From: Akkermansia muciniphila
GTDB taxonomy: Bacteria; Verrucomicrobiota; Verrucomicrobiia; Limisphaerales; SIAT01
Assembly: GCA_945900775.1 (NCBI GenBank)
Contig: CAMDJP010000005.1
Span: 20,167 to 84,166, forward strand
DNA: 64,000 nucleotides
Direction of reading: 5' to 3'
Below, in pieces: positions 28,001 through 35,680 of this stretch. The number at the start of each line of letters is the position of its first letter. The stretch's first letter is position 1. The notes beneath the pieces were generated by a model. That model had not been told where the DNA came from, searched no databases, and worked only from the letters and a program-made list of their open reading frames with translations. A program made the translations under genes and the position numbers.

Positions 28001-28802
28001 TGGACAAACCAACTTGCGAGCCGTCGGTCAGACCGATGCCTTCCTCGCGAAACTTGATTCGAACGGGCGCGCGGTCTGGGCGCTCACTGCCGGCGGTGGC
28101 GGTGAGGATTTTGGGGTCGGCGTGGCACTCGATGCCGCGGGCAATCCGCATCTCGCCGGGTCCTTTTCTGGCAATGCTTGGTTTGGGCGTAACTTCATCA
28201 GCAGCCTTGGCGATAGCGACATTTTCGTCGCGAAGTTCGACAAAGCCGGCGTGCTGCAATGGGCGCGATCCGGTGGCGGGCGCGGCTCTGATTTCTGTGG
28301 CGCGGTGGCGGTAGACCGCACGGGTGCGGTGGTGGTCGTCGGCGACTTTGAGCGGACGGCGGCGATAGGCGGTCAGTTGCTTACGAGCCTCGGCGTCGCG
28401 GATATCTTCGTGGCGCGTTACACTGCCGATGGCCAGCCGTCTTGGGCACAACGCGCTGGCGGCGCAGGAATGGATTCGGCATATAGCGTGGCAGTTGATG
28501 CCGCCGGTAGCATCCATGTTGCGGGGGAATTTTACGGCAAGGCCGGCTTTGGCGATGCCGCGTCGCTGATCAGTTTCGGCGAGACCGATATCTTCGTGGC
28601 GAAGTACGCCTCCACCGGTGGAGCGAGTTGGGCGAAGAAGTTTGGCGGTCTGAGCTCCGATACCAGTGGAGGTCTGGCACTCGACAGCGCTGGCGCCATT
28701 CATCTCATCGGCGGCTTTGCTGGCACGGCGACGTTTGATTCGAGCACGCTCACGAGCGGCGGTCTTCTTGAAGTATTCTTACTGAAAATGGGGGCAAAGT
28801 AA
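25068..28802 (+). CDS. Large secreted/anchored multidomain protein: unassigned N-terminal half, metzincin-type Zn-metalloprotease domain, Ig-like domain, seven SBBP-type beta-propeller repeats
   Basis: 1244 aa. N-terminal hydrophobic signal/anchor (LVGLLLLFGAAVALFFF). The extended zinc motif HELGHTYGVHH fits HExxHxxGxxH (26664-26696). An I-set-like Ig segment (YQWQKDG...DTGRYTLKV) lies at about 27240-27495. Seven repeats of about 61 aa follow, of the form A(V/L)D..GN..v.G.F.G...FG...l.s.G..D.F(L/V)AK(Y/F)...G...WA...GG. Confidence 0.8.
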   Translation: MSFREKLVGLLLLFGAAVALFFFGNSSKQQSSQPPQASLRSKPLFTSRAKSTTSQPGEQTGFATSAIFEVPRLPRRAMAARMNVPPRPISLQAAAIERITFGTRWGREQQPELLAFSNWAERYVRAATPEHRVALEKDGLALARPRREVIASLIRKNPREAIAAAVPVSIRQQLPAPIEAQLERRVGGVGKISVNGLVPDEKGPSPEPIIRIAVVNGEEFRAYAYGQRAQQGTRQEISIQGIAVDRSLAVLDSPVRALDFSERPADAQKITTIAVEKQSVPVTKAAPSVVVSASGSVNASAIIRVTQKPAPLSLTSGSPAFNVEKVTALQYGNTIAIATAPDQVPKIAESLAQIERAAGTAKPVLTLGNTPVTVNPEAEYTEFPALEWTHGVKRLLLIRVDFPDRRGQPIAGGKKVDAFFASKVVAEVSAFYHQNSYAKTSLSLQASDVTPVFTLPKTADYYAINELNDTLHSDAQNLAAAGGYNLDDYDRIAVIFSSLGRIRFSKITYGGLANVGANRLWFNGKFDFGVVAHELGHTYGVHHANLWRTTDQSVIGRGSSLEYGDLFDIMGDSWSANSAYHFNHYFKNVLGWISEEAVATATESGVYRVYRFDTAVADPTLPLALRIPRMNRDNDYWIGYRKLFPQLQDSACVLWAQRFNNDSNLLDMTTPGYNPRDAGLLPEQIFTDNSSSISFKNLKSGVDEQGREYLDIEVTMIAVPLFAAQPEMNQTATAGGTITLVTSLQSEGRVAYQWQKDGVDIVGSSRISGTSTGTLVIRGAQVSDTGRYTLKVIYMGGVVLSDDAMVEITSSTQPGRVAWLRQSGGSGDYINYGNAVAVDKSGNVFVVGDFTGEAIFGDVTLTSSGETDLFLAKYDQNGTLQWARRAGGPGVDAGNHVAVDAAGNAHITGWFRDSATFGNVTLTNVGEYTAFVARYDTNGNLRWAIRPDVSQYSYGSSVAVDSVGNVIFGGTYEGTMRFGQTNLRAVGQTDAFLAKLDSNGRAVWALTAGGGGEDFGVGVALDAAGNPHLAGSFSGNAWFGRNFISSLGDSDIFVAKFDKAGVLQWARSGGGRGSDFCGAVAVDRTGAVVVVGDFERTAAIGGQLLTSLGVADIFVARYTADGQPSWAQRAGGAGMDSAYSVAVDAAGSIHVAGEFYGKAGFGDAASLISFGETDIFVAKYASTGGASWAKKFGGLSSDTSGGLALDSAGAIHLIGGFAGTATFDSSTLTSGGLLEVFLLKMGAK
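27564..28799 (+). repeat. Seven tandem ~183-nt coding repeats (SBBP beta-propeller blades) inside the large protein gene
   Basis: Periodic protein-level repeats are read directly from the translation. Blades start near GNAVAVDKSGN, GNHVAVDAAGN, GSSVAVDSVGN, GVGVALDAAGN, CGAVAVDRTGA, AYSVAVDAAGS and SGGLALDSAGA. Confidence 0.75.
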
Positions 28803-28882
28803 TCAGGCTTCGTATCAACTCCTGATTCATTGCACATCAATTCATCTTGGTCTCCCAGTGGCTTGCGGGTTAATTTGTGCCA

Positions 28883-30169
28883 ATGATTTCGCGAGCCAAG
28901 TCTGAAGCGCTCTTCGCCGAGGCGTTGCTGCACATCCCCGGCGGCGTAAACTCCCCCGTGCGCGCCTTCCGCGCCGTGGGCGGCCAACCGTTCTTCGTGG
29001 ACCGCGCCAAGGGCGCGCGCGTCTGGGACGTGGACGGCAATGAGCTGATTGACTACGTCGGCACGTGGGGGCCGGCAATCCTTGGTCACGCGCACCCGCG
29101 CATCATCGCTGCGGTGCAGGCGGCGGCGGAGCGGGGCACGAGCTTCGGCATCCCGAACCCGCTGGAGGTGACGATGGCGCGTATCGTAAAGGCCGCCGTG
29201 CCTAGCGTGGAGAAGGTACGGATGACCAGCTCCGGCACGGAAGCCTGCATGAGCGCCATTCGCCTCGCGCGAGGGTTCACGAAACGGGACAAAATTATCA
29301 AGTTCGACGGTTGCTATCACGGGCACGTGGACTCGCTGCTGGTGAAGGCGGGCTCAGGCGCGCTGACGTTCGGCAACCCGGACAGCGCGGGTGTGCCGGC
29401 TGCGTTCACGCAGCACACGATTGTCCTGCCGTTCAACGACGCCGAGTCGGTGAAGGCGGCTTTCGCGGCGAACCCGGGGCAGATCGCCGGAATCATTCTT
29501 GAGCCGGTGCCGGGCAACGCGGGACTCTACCCGCCGCGGCCCGGTTACCTCGAGGCACTGCGCGAGATCACGCAGCAGGAGGGCGCACTGCTCATCTTCG
29601 ACGAGGTGATGACCGGCTTCCGCCTCGCCCGTGGCGGCGCGCAGCAGCGGTTCGGCATCCGGCCCGACCTCTCCTGCTTCGGCAAGATTATCGGCGGTGG
29701 GCTGCCGGTGGGCGCTTTCGGCGGCCGCGGAGAGATTATGGACTGCCTCGCGCCGCTCGGGCCGGTCTACCAGGCGGGAACGTTGAGCGGAAATCCGCTC
29801 GCCATGGCAGCGGGTATCGCGGCGCTGGAGGAACTCGAGGTGAGTGGTGCGTACTATAAACTGGAGGAGCTCTCTGAACAGCTGAAGGCTGGGCTGCGGG
29901 ACGCCGCGAAGAGCGCGAGCGTGTCCGTCACGTTCAATGCGTGCGGCTCGATGTTCTGCGGCTACTTCATCGACGGCCCAGTTCACAACCTCGCCGACGC
30001 GATGCGCAGCGACCGCGCGCGGTTCGCAAAATACTTCCACGGCATGCTGGAGGAGGGCATTTACATCGCCCCGTCGCAGTTCGAGGGGGGATTTATCTCC
30101 GCTGCGCACACCTCAGAGGACATCGACGCCACGGTGCGCGCCGCGGCGAAGGTGATGAAGACATTTTGA
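28883..30169 (+). CDS. hemL: Glutamate-1-semialdehyde 2,1-aminomutase
   Basis: The N-terminal [23 protein letters not shown] is diagnostic. The PLP Lys region [19 protein letters not shown] is also present. ATG at 28883 is preferred; GTG at 28877 is an alternative. Confidence 0.95.
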   Translation: MISRAKSEALFAEALLHIPGGVNSPVRAFRAVGGQPFFVDRAKGARVWDVDGNELIDYVGTWGPAILGHAHPRIIAAVQAAAERGTSFGIPNPLEVTMARIVKAAVPSVEKVRMTSSGTEACMSAIRLARGFTKRDKIIKFDGCYHGHVDSLLVKAGSGALTFGNPDSAGVPAAFTQHTIVLPFNDAESVKAAFAANPGQIAGIILEPVPGNAGLYPPRPGYLEALREITQQEGALLIFDEVMTGFRLARGGAQQRFGIRPDLSCFGKIIGGGLPVGAFGGRGEIMDCLAPLGPVYQAGTLSGNPLAMAAGIAALEELEVSGAYYKLEELSEQLKAGLRDAAKSASVSVTFNACGSMFCGYFIDGPVHNLADAMRSDRARFAKYFHGMLEEGIYIAPSQFEGGFISAAHTSEDIDATVRAAAKVMKTF

Positions 30170-30171
30170 CC

Positions 30172-30588
30172 ATGAGAATCCTTGCACTGGACCACGGGGC
30201 CGTCCGCATCGGCGTCGCCCTCAGCGACGAGTTGAAGATGATTGCGCAGCCGCTCGAGTTCATTCCAGCTGAGCCGTTCGTCGATTTCCTCGCGCGTCTC
30301 AAGCAGTTGCTCAAGGAGAAGGAGGTAGAGTTGATTCTCATCGGTATGCCGCGCAACATGGACGGCAGTTACGGATCGGCGGCGGAAAAGGTGAGGGGCT
30401 TCGTCACCGTGCTGAAGGAAACCGTGGCCGTGCCTATCAGAACGGTCGACGAGCGGCTGTCGACGGTACAGGCGCACCGGTTGCTCGGCGAAGCAGGGAT
30501 GAAGGCGAAGGAACGGAAGGGGAAGGTGGACCGCAGCGCCGCGGCCATCCTGCTGCAGAGCTTTCTCGACGCTCAGGGCGGGCTGTAG
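30172..30588 (+). CDS. ruvX: Holliday junction resolvase-like RuvX/YqgF
   Basis: 138 aa from the ATG at 30172 (MRILALDHGAVRIGVALSD...), plus the PRNMDGS and DERLST motifs. The listed longer ORF (from 29941) overlaps hemL out of frame. Confidence 0.9.
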   Translation: MRILALDHGAVRIGVALSDELKMIAQPLEFIPAEPFVDFLARLKQLLKEKEVELILIGMPRNMDGSYGSAAEKVRGFVTVLKETVAVPIRTVDERLSTVQAHRLLGEAGMKAKERKGKVDRSAAAILLQSFLDAQGGL

Positions 30589-30602
30589 CCTACCACCGGC
30601 CG

Positions 30603-31415
30603 ATGCGCGGAATGGACACGCTCAAATTAAAGCTCACGGTCGCGTACGACGGCACCGCCTACGAAGGGTGGCAGGTGCAAAAAGTCGGCACCGGCGTGCA
30701 GCAGAAGGTTGAGGAAGCGCTGGCCAAACTCTTCCCCAGCGCGCCGCGTCTTCATAGCTCCAGCCGTACGGACACGGGCGTGCACGCGCGCGGGATGGTG
30801 GCGCACTTCGAAGTGGCGCGCGCTGAGTTTAAGATGCCGGTGGCGAAGCTGCTGCTGGCCGTCAACGCATGGTTGCCGGATGACATCCGCGTGATGGCCG
30901 CCGCGCGGGCGAAGGCGGACTTCCACGCCCGCTTCCACGCGACGGGCAAGCAGTATCGCTACTGCGTCTGGAACCACCCGGCAGCGGATCCGCTGCTGCG
31001 CACTCAGGCTTGGCACGTGCCGCGGGCACTCGACCTCCCGGCGATGCGCGCGGCGGCGAGTCTCTTCGTCGGTACGCACGATTTCCGCTCGTTCGCCGCC
31101 AACCGCGGCGATGTGCTGAAGAACGCCGTGCGCACGCTCACGCGCTGCGACCTCCGCCGGAGCGGTTCATTGCTCACCTTCATCATTGAGGGCGATGGTT
31201 TCCTCTACAAAATGTGCCGCGGCATCGTCGGAACTCTCGTGCAGGTGGGGCAGGGAAAGATTGAGCCGGATGAAATCCGAAAGATTCTCGCTCACCGTGA
31301 CCGCCGTGTGGCTGGAATGAGCGGCCCCGCGCACGGCCTCGTGTTGTGGAAGGTTTACTATAAGAAGGGCGCGGTGAAGCGGCCGCGCAGGAAAATCGGC
31401 CAGGCACTGGCGTGA
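30603..31415 (+). CDS. truA: tRNA pseudouridine(38-40) synthase
   Basis: 270 aa. Contains YDGTAYEGWQ, the catalytic GRTD-type SSRTDTGVHA, and GTHDFRSF. Confidence 0.9.
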   Translation: MRGMDTLKLKLTVAYDGTAYEGWQVQKVGTGVQQKVEEALAKLFPSAPRLHSSSRTDTGVHARGMVAHFEVARAEFKMPVAKLLLAVNAWLPDDIRVMAAARAKADFHARFHATGKQYRYCVWNHPAADPLLRTQAWHVPRALDLPAMRAAASLFVGTHDFRSFAANRGDVLKNAVRTLTRCDLRRSGSLLTFIIEGDGFLYKMCRGIVGTLVQVGQGKIEPDEIRKILAHRDRRVAGMSGPAHGLVLWKVYYKKGAVKRPRRKIGQALA

Positions 31416-31419
31416 ACCG

Positions 31420-31884
31420 ATGAATGTCGTCCTCGTCGAGCCCGAGATCCCGCCGAACACGGGTAACATCGCCCGACTCTGCGCCGCCACACGCACACGC
31501 CTGCACCTCATCGAGCCGTTCGGCTTTAAGCTGGATGATGCGCAGTTGAAGCGCGCGGGAATGGACTACTGGCATCACGTCGAATGTCGCCGGTGGGCGG
31601 ACTGGTCGGCTTTTGAAACGGCACTACCGCCGGGCGCGCGGCTCTGGTTCGTGGAGCAGGGCGGCGCGCGCCGCTACGACGAAGCTGCGTTCGGGCCGGA
31701 CGATTACCTCGTATTCGGTCGCGAGACGGCGGGGTTGCCGAAGGCGCTGCTCGAGGCGAACTGCGAGAAATGGCTGCGCATCCCGATGTTCAACGTCGAG
31801 GCGCGTTCGATCAACCTTTCCAACTGCGTGGCGCTCGTTCTCTTCGAGGCGCTGCGCCAGCAGGGGTTCTCGAGGGAGGTTTGA
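31420..31884 (+). CDS. trmL: tRNA (cytidine/uridine-2'-O-)-methyltransferase TrmL (SpoU/TrmH family)
   Basis: 154 aa. N-terminal VVLVEPEIPPNTGNIARLCAAT, and the C-terminal SPOUT knot motifs LVFGRETAGLP and RSINLSN. Confidence 0.85.
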   Translation: MNVVLVEPEIPPNTGNIARLCAATRTRLHLIEPFGFKLDDAQLKRAGMDYWHHVECRRWADWSAFETALPPGARLWFVEQGGARRYDEAAFGPDDYLVFGRETAGLPKALLEANCEKWLRIPMFNVEARSINLSNCVALVLFEALRQQGFSREV

Positions 31885-31914
31885 CGCTCGACGTGTGTGG
31901 GCGTGAAGTTCGAT

Positions 31915-32403
31915 TCACGCACCAGTTTCCGCGACGCGAATCAGTTCGATGAACTTAACGGGCTTGTCGGCAATCATCAACGCTTGGCGTAGTTTGACAT
32001 CACGCAAGAGACGGCTGACACGGGCAAGGATGGCGAGGTGCTGCGTGATGTTTGGCGCGATGAGTAGGAAGAAGAGTCTGGCAGGCTGATTGTCAATTGA
32101 AGCCCACGGCACACCGCTCTCGCGCCGGCCGATGACGATGACGGGACGCTGCACGACGCCAACGAGGGCGTTGCGAGCGTGGGGCAGGGCAATGCCGTCG
32201 CCGATTCCGGTGGAGTGCAGTTGCTCGCGTTCCTGTAGCGCCTGGAACAGCGAACTCTGGGCCGCCGTGTTACTAGCAATCTCCGGCACGATGGTGGTCA
32301 ACTCGGATAAGATGTCGTCGCGAGTAGAGCCGATGAGATTGAGCCGGATGGCGGTTACCGAAAGCAGTTCGTGGAGGTTGAAAGACGACTGGTTGCCCAT
32401 CAT
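31915..32403 (-). CDS. ptsN: PTS EIIA(Ntr)-type (PtsN-like) regulatory protein
   Basis: The phosphorylation-site region STGIGDGIALPHAR is typical of fructose/nitrogen-type EIIA. Start placed at the ATG at 32403 (MMGNQSS...) rather than 32511. Confidence 0.75.
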   Translation of the reverse strand: MMGNQSSFNLHELLSVTAIRLNLIGSTRDDILSELTTIVPEIASNTAAQSSLFQALQEREQLHSTGIGDGIALPHARNALVGVVQRPVIVIGRRESGVPWASIDNQPARLFFLLIAPNITQHLAILARVSRLLRDVKLRQALMIADKPVKFIELIRVAETGA

Positions 32404-32570
32404 GTGGCGAAGATAAACAATCACGATCAACTGTGCTAGCTGGAAGGCGAGAGTCATGCTGGAGGAAGGGGACTCATTGCGGATGTGCCGAATCGAAATA
32501 GCCGTTGACACTTCGAAAGTGACATATCATTGTATCTCCATCCGTTGATTTGACGGATGACTCATCACGA

Positions 32571-32678
32571 GTGGCTGAGGGACTGGCCCGAAGACGCCAC
32601 GGCAACCGGTTGGAGCGTGTGCTTCAATGTTTAGGTGCCAATTCCAGCCCGCCCGATAACGGCGCGGGGAAAGATGAG
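32571..32678 (+). promoter_or_regulatory. SAM-I (S-box) riboswitch aptamer
   Basis: CUCAUCACGAGUGGCUGAGGGACUGGCCCGAAGACGCCACGGCAACC...GGUGCCAAUUCCAGCC...GGGGAAAGAUGAG matches the conserved SAM-I core: P1 CUCAUC/GAUGAG, GAGGGA, UGGCCC, GCAACC, GGUGC-AAUUCC, GAAAGAU. It lies in the 5' leader of the thrC-like gene. Confidence 0.9.
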
Positions 32679-32697
32679 AAGAGCGCGCGAGCTTTCG

Positions 32698-32730
32698 GCC
32701 CCTTCTCACCGTGGTGGGAAGGGGCTTTTT
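32698..32730 (+). terminator. Riboswitch expression platform: intrinsic terminator with competing antiterminator
   Basis: Stem GCCCCTTC (32698-32705) / GAAGGGGC (32718-32725) followed by T5. CTTCTC (32702-32707) can instead pair with GAGAAG (32676-32681), which overlaps the 3' strand of P1. Confidence 0.8.
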
Positions 32731-32747
32731 GCGCCCCGGAAGGACGC

Positions 32748-34016
32748 ATGATTATGGAAAAGCACGACGGTTTCATGAAGGCGCTCAAGTGTCGCGAGTG
32801 CGGCCGGGAATATCCGCTCGCCGCGACACACGTCTGCGAGTTCGATTTCGGCCCGCTGGAGGTCGCCTACGATTACGACCGCATCAAGAAGTCGCTCACC
32901 CGTGCCGCTATCGAGTCGCGCCCGCAGACCATGTGGCGCTACCGCGAATTACTCCCGATTGCCGGCGCGCCGACCGTGGGTTGTCAGGTCGGCTTCACGC
33001 CGCTGGTGAAGGCGGATCGACTCGCCAAGCGCCTCGGTATTCGCGAACTATGGGTGAAGAACGATGCGGTCAACTACCCGACTCTCTCCTTCAAAGACCG
33101 CGTGGTCAGCGTCGCTCTCAGCCGCTCTAAGGAACTCGGCTTCAAGACCGTCGCCTGCGCGTCCACGGGCAATCTCGCCAACTCCGTCGCCGCCAACGCC
33201 GCCGCCGCCGGTCTCAAGTCCTTCGTCTTTATTCCGTCTGATCTCGAGCAGGGCAAAGTGATTAATTCGCTCGTCTACGGCGCGAACGTCATCAGCATAA
33301 AGGGCCACTACGACGAGGTGAACCGCTTGTGCGCAGAAATCGCTGGCAAGTTCGGGTGGGCCTTCGTGAACGTGAACATGCGCCCCTATTATGCCGAGGG
33401 CTCTAAATCGATGGGCTTCGAAATCCTTGAGCAGCTCGGCTGGCGCATTCCGCAGCACACCGTCGTGCCGATGGCTTCGGGCTCATTGCTGACCAAGATT
33501 CACAAGAGCTATCAGGAGTTCGTGAAGATTGGCCTCGTGCGCGACGCGAAGTATCACGTCCACGGTGCGCAGCCGACCGGCTGCAATCCGATTTCCGCTG
33601 CCCAGAAGGCCGGGCTCGATTTCTTCAAGCCGGTCAAGCCGAACACCATCGCCAAGAGCTTGGCCATCGGTACGCCAGCCGATGGCTTTTACGCGCTCAA
33701 GGTGATGAAGGAGACTGGGGCTTCCGCCGAGGACGTGACCGACGACGAGGTGCGCGAGGGCATCCGCCTGCTGGCTGAGTGCGAGGGCATTTTCGCTGAG
33801 ACCGCTGGCGGCGTGACAGTGGGCGTGGCCAAGAAACTCATTGCCTCGGGCAGGATTCCTGCGAATGATTCGGTCGTGCTCTGCGTCACCGGCAACGGCC
33901 TTAAGACGCTCGACGCGGTGGCCGGCCACGTTGGTCGCACGCGCGATATCAAGCCGAGCCTTCGCGAGTTCGAGGCGCTCATCAACTCCGAGGCTGAACT
34001 GGCCGCTGCCATTTAA
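32748..34016 (+). CDS. Threonine synthase-family PLP enzyme (ThrC-like; possibly a MetM-type homocysteine synthase, see findings)
   Basis: 422 aa from the ATG at 32748, with a GGAAGGA RBS upstream. N-terminal Cys ribbon (KCRECGREY...THVCEFDFGPLE), the PLP-Lys motif PTLSFKDRVVS, and ASTGNLANSVAA. The listed start at 32550 would run through the riboswitch and terminator. Confidence 0.85.
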   Translation: MIMEKHDGFMKALKCRECGREYPLAATHVCEFDFGPLEVAYDYDRIKKSLTRAAIESRPQTMWRYRELLPIAGAPTVGCQVGFTPLVKADRLAKRLGIRELWVKNDAVNYPTLSFKDRVVSVALSRSKELGFKTVACASTGNLANSVAANAAAAGLKSFVFIPSDLEQGKVINSLVYGANVISIKGHYDEVNRLCAEIAGKFGWAFVNVNMRPYYAEGSKSMGFEILEQLGWRIPQHTVVPMASGSLLTKIHKSYQEFVKIGLVRDAKYHVHGAQPTGCNPISAAQKAGLDFFKPVKPNTIAKSLAIGTPADGFYALKVMKETGASAEDVTDDEVREGIRLLAECEGIFAETAGGVTVGVAKKLIASGRIPANDSVVLCVTGNGLKTLDAVAGHVGRTRDIKPSLREFEALINSEAELAAAI

Positions 34017-34027
34017 ACCAACCATTT

Positions 34028-34303
34028 ATGTCCGTCAAAGTCCGCATTCCCACACCGCTCCGCAAGCTTACCAACAACGAGGAGCTTGTTGAGGTCAGCG
34101 CTAATACCATTGGCGAAGTCTTTACCGAGCTCCAGACTCTCTACCCCGGCATTCAAGAACGTCTCCTCGACGAAAAAGGTGAGGTGCGCCGCTTCGTGAA
34201 CGTCTACGTGAACGAGGAGGATATTCGCTTCCTCCAGAACCAGCAGACGCCGCTCAAGGCGGGTGACGAGATTAGTATCATCCCCGCCATCGCCGGCGGC
34301 TAG
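34028..34303 (+). CDS. MoaD/ThiS-family ubiquitin-like sulfur-carrier protein ending in Gly-Gly
   Basis: 91 aa, with a MoaD-like beta-grasp pattern (VKVRIPTPLRKLT...VNVYVNEEDIRF...LKAGDEISIIPAIAGG). The stop codon follows the C-terminal GG directly. Confidence 0.85.
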   Translation: MSVKVRIPTPLRKLTNNEELVEVSANTIGEVFTELQTLYPGIQERLLDEKGEVRRFVNVYVNEEDIRFLQNQQTPLKAGDEISIIPAIAGG

Positions 34304-34319
34304 GCTCCAAGGTTTTCGC

Positions 34320-34607
34320 ATGGCCACCGCTCGCAAGAAAAAAAAGCCCGCCACGAAGAACGGCGTTCAGGCCACCCGGCTTTGGCTTATGTACCCGCCG
34401 CGATTGATCAAGAGGCCCGTGGTTTGGGAGCTGAGCCATCAGTTCAAAGTCGTGACGAATGTCCGGCAGGTGAGCGTCACCGACGAAATCGGCGTCGTCT
34501 GCCTTGAGCTCGACGGCGAGCGGTCCGAGATCAAGGCCGCAATCAAATGGCTCGAGAAGCTCGGCGTGAAGGTCGAGCCGGTCGAGTTTAACGTCATCGA
34601 GAGCTAA
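34320..34607 (+). CDS. Stand-alone NIL-domain protein
   Basis: 95 aa from the ATG at 34320. The sequence resembles the NIL domain found at the C-terminus of MetN methionine-importer ATPases (RLWLMYPP...KRPVVWELSHQFKVVTNVRQVSV...GVVCLELDG...AIKWLEKLGVKVE). Lys-rich N-terminal tail. Confidence 0.7.
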   Translation: MATARKKKKPATKNGVQATRLWLMYPPRLIKRPVVWELSHQFKVVTNVRQVSVTDEIGVVCLELDGERSEIKAAIKWLEKLGVKVEPVEFNVIES

Positions 34608-34644
34608 TCTCTCTTCTCCACGCTCTACGCTCCACCCACGCGCC

Positions 34645-35442
34645 ATGGACCTTGGCTTGAAAGATAAGGTGGTGCTCATCAGCGGCGGAGCCTCCGGTAT
34701 TGGCGAAGCCACCGTGCGATTGCTCGCTGCTGAAGGTGCGCGAGTCGCCATCGCCGACCGCAATTCCTCCGCCGGCTCCCTCCTTGCTAGCGAACTTACG
34801 GCGACTGGAGTTCAGGCCATTTTTCTCCATGGCGACCTCGCCACTGAATCCGCCTGTCGCGCGGCTGTGGATGATACGCTGAAGATGTGGGGACGCTTGG
34901 ATGTCCTCGTGAACAACGCCGGCGTGAATGACAGCGTTGGCTTGGAACGCCCTCCGGCGGATTTTCTGGCCTCGCTGCAATTGAATCTGTTCCACGTCTA
35001 TGCGCTGACGCACTTCGCGCGCGAGGCACTTTGCCGCGCGCAAGGCGCTATTGTGAACGTCAGTTCGAAGGTGAGCGTGACGGGTCAGGGGAAGACCTCT
35101 GGGTACGCGGCGGCTAAGGGCGGCGTGAACGCCCTCACGCGCGAATGGGCCGTGGCGCTCGCCCCGCATAACGTGCGCGTGAATTGCGTGGTGCCGGCTG
35201 AGTGTGCTACTCCGCAGTACGAGAAATGGTTTCAATCGCTGCCGGATCCAGCCTCGGCGCGCGCCGCCATTGAATCACTAGTGCCGCTGGGTCAGCGCCT
35301 GACGCAACCGAATGAAATCGCCGCGGTCATCGCCTTTCTCGCCTCGCCTCGCGCGGGGCATACGACTGGTCAGTTGCTCTTTGTGGATGGTGGTTACACG
35401 CACCTTGATCGCGCCGCCAGTCATGGCCACGAAAAGTGGTGA
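34645..35442 (+). CDS. Short-chain dehydrogenase/reductase (SDR) family oxidoreductase
   Basis: 265 aa. Rossmann motif VVLISGGASGIGEA, an NNAG motif (LVNNAGVND), and the catalytic YAAAK. Confidence 0.85.
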   Translation: MDLGLKDKVVLISGGASGIGEATVRLLAAEGARVAIADRNSSAGSLLASELTATGVQAIFLHGDLATESACRAAVDDTLKMWGRLDVLVNNAGVNDSVGLERPPADFLASLQLNLFHVYALTHFAREALCRAQGAIVNVSSKVSVTGQGKTSGYAAAKGGVNALTREWAVALAPHNVRVNCVVPAECATPQYEKWFQSLPDPASARAAIESLVPLGQRLTQPNEIAAVIAFLASPRAGHTTGQLLFVDGGYTHLDRAASHGHEKW

Positions 35443-35508
35443 TGACGTATAACTAAGCGACCGGCATTGACCTGCGGGATTTTTTGGAGGATAAGAAACC
35501 ACTTTCGT

Positions 35509-35584
35509 GGGCGGTTGGCGCAGTGGTTAGCGCAGATGCCTTACACGCATTTGGTCGGGGGTTCGAGTCCCTCACCGCCCACCA
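35509..35584 (+). tRNA. tRNA-Val (anticodon UAC), CCA encoded
   Basis: Manual cloverleaf: acceptor GGGCGGT/ACCGCCC, D arm GCGC-AGTGGTTA-GCGC, anticodon arm GATGC-CTTACAC-GCATT, T arm GGGGG-TTCGAGT-CCCTC, discriminator A, CCA. Confidence 0.9.
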
Positions 35585-35680
35585 TTTTTCTCTTAGGGCA
35601 ATTCGTCTGACGCTTAAAAAGCTTTGCCCCGACCTCTTTGGCTTCTCATAGTCGGTCGGTTTTTAGACTGATAGACAGCT

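Noticed and set aside
32550-32747. N-terminal extension of the thrC-like ORF as listed in the track (start at 32550).
   Set aside because: This stretch is the SAM-I riboswitch and its terminator. A good RBS plus ATG at 32748 gives a protein starting just before the conserved Cys ribbon.
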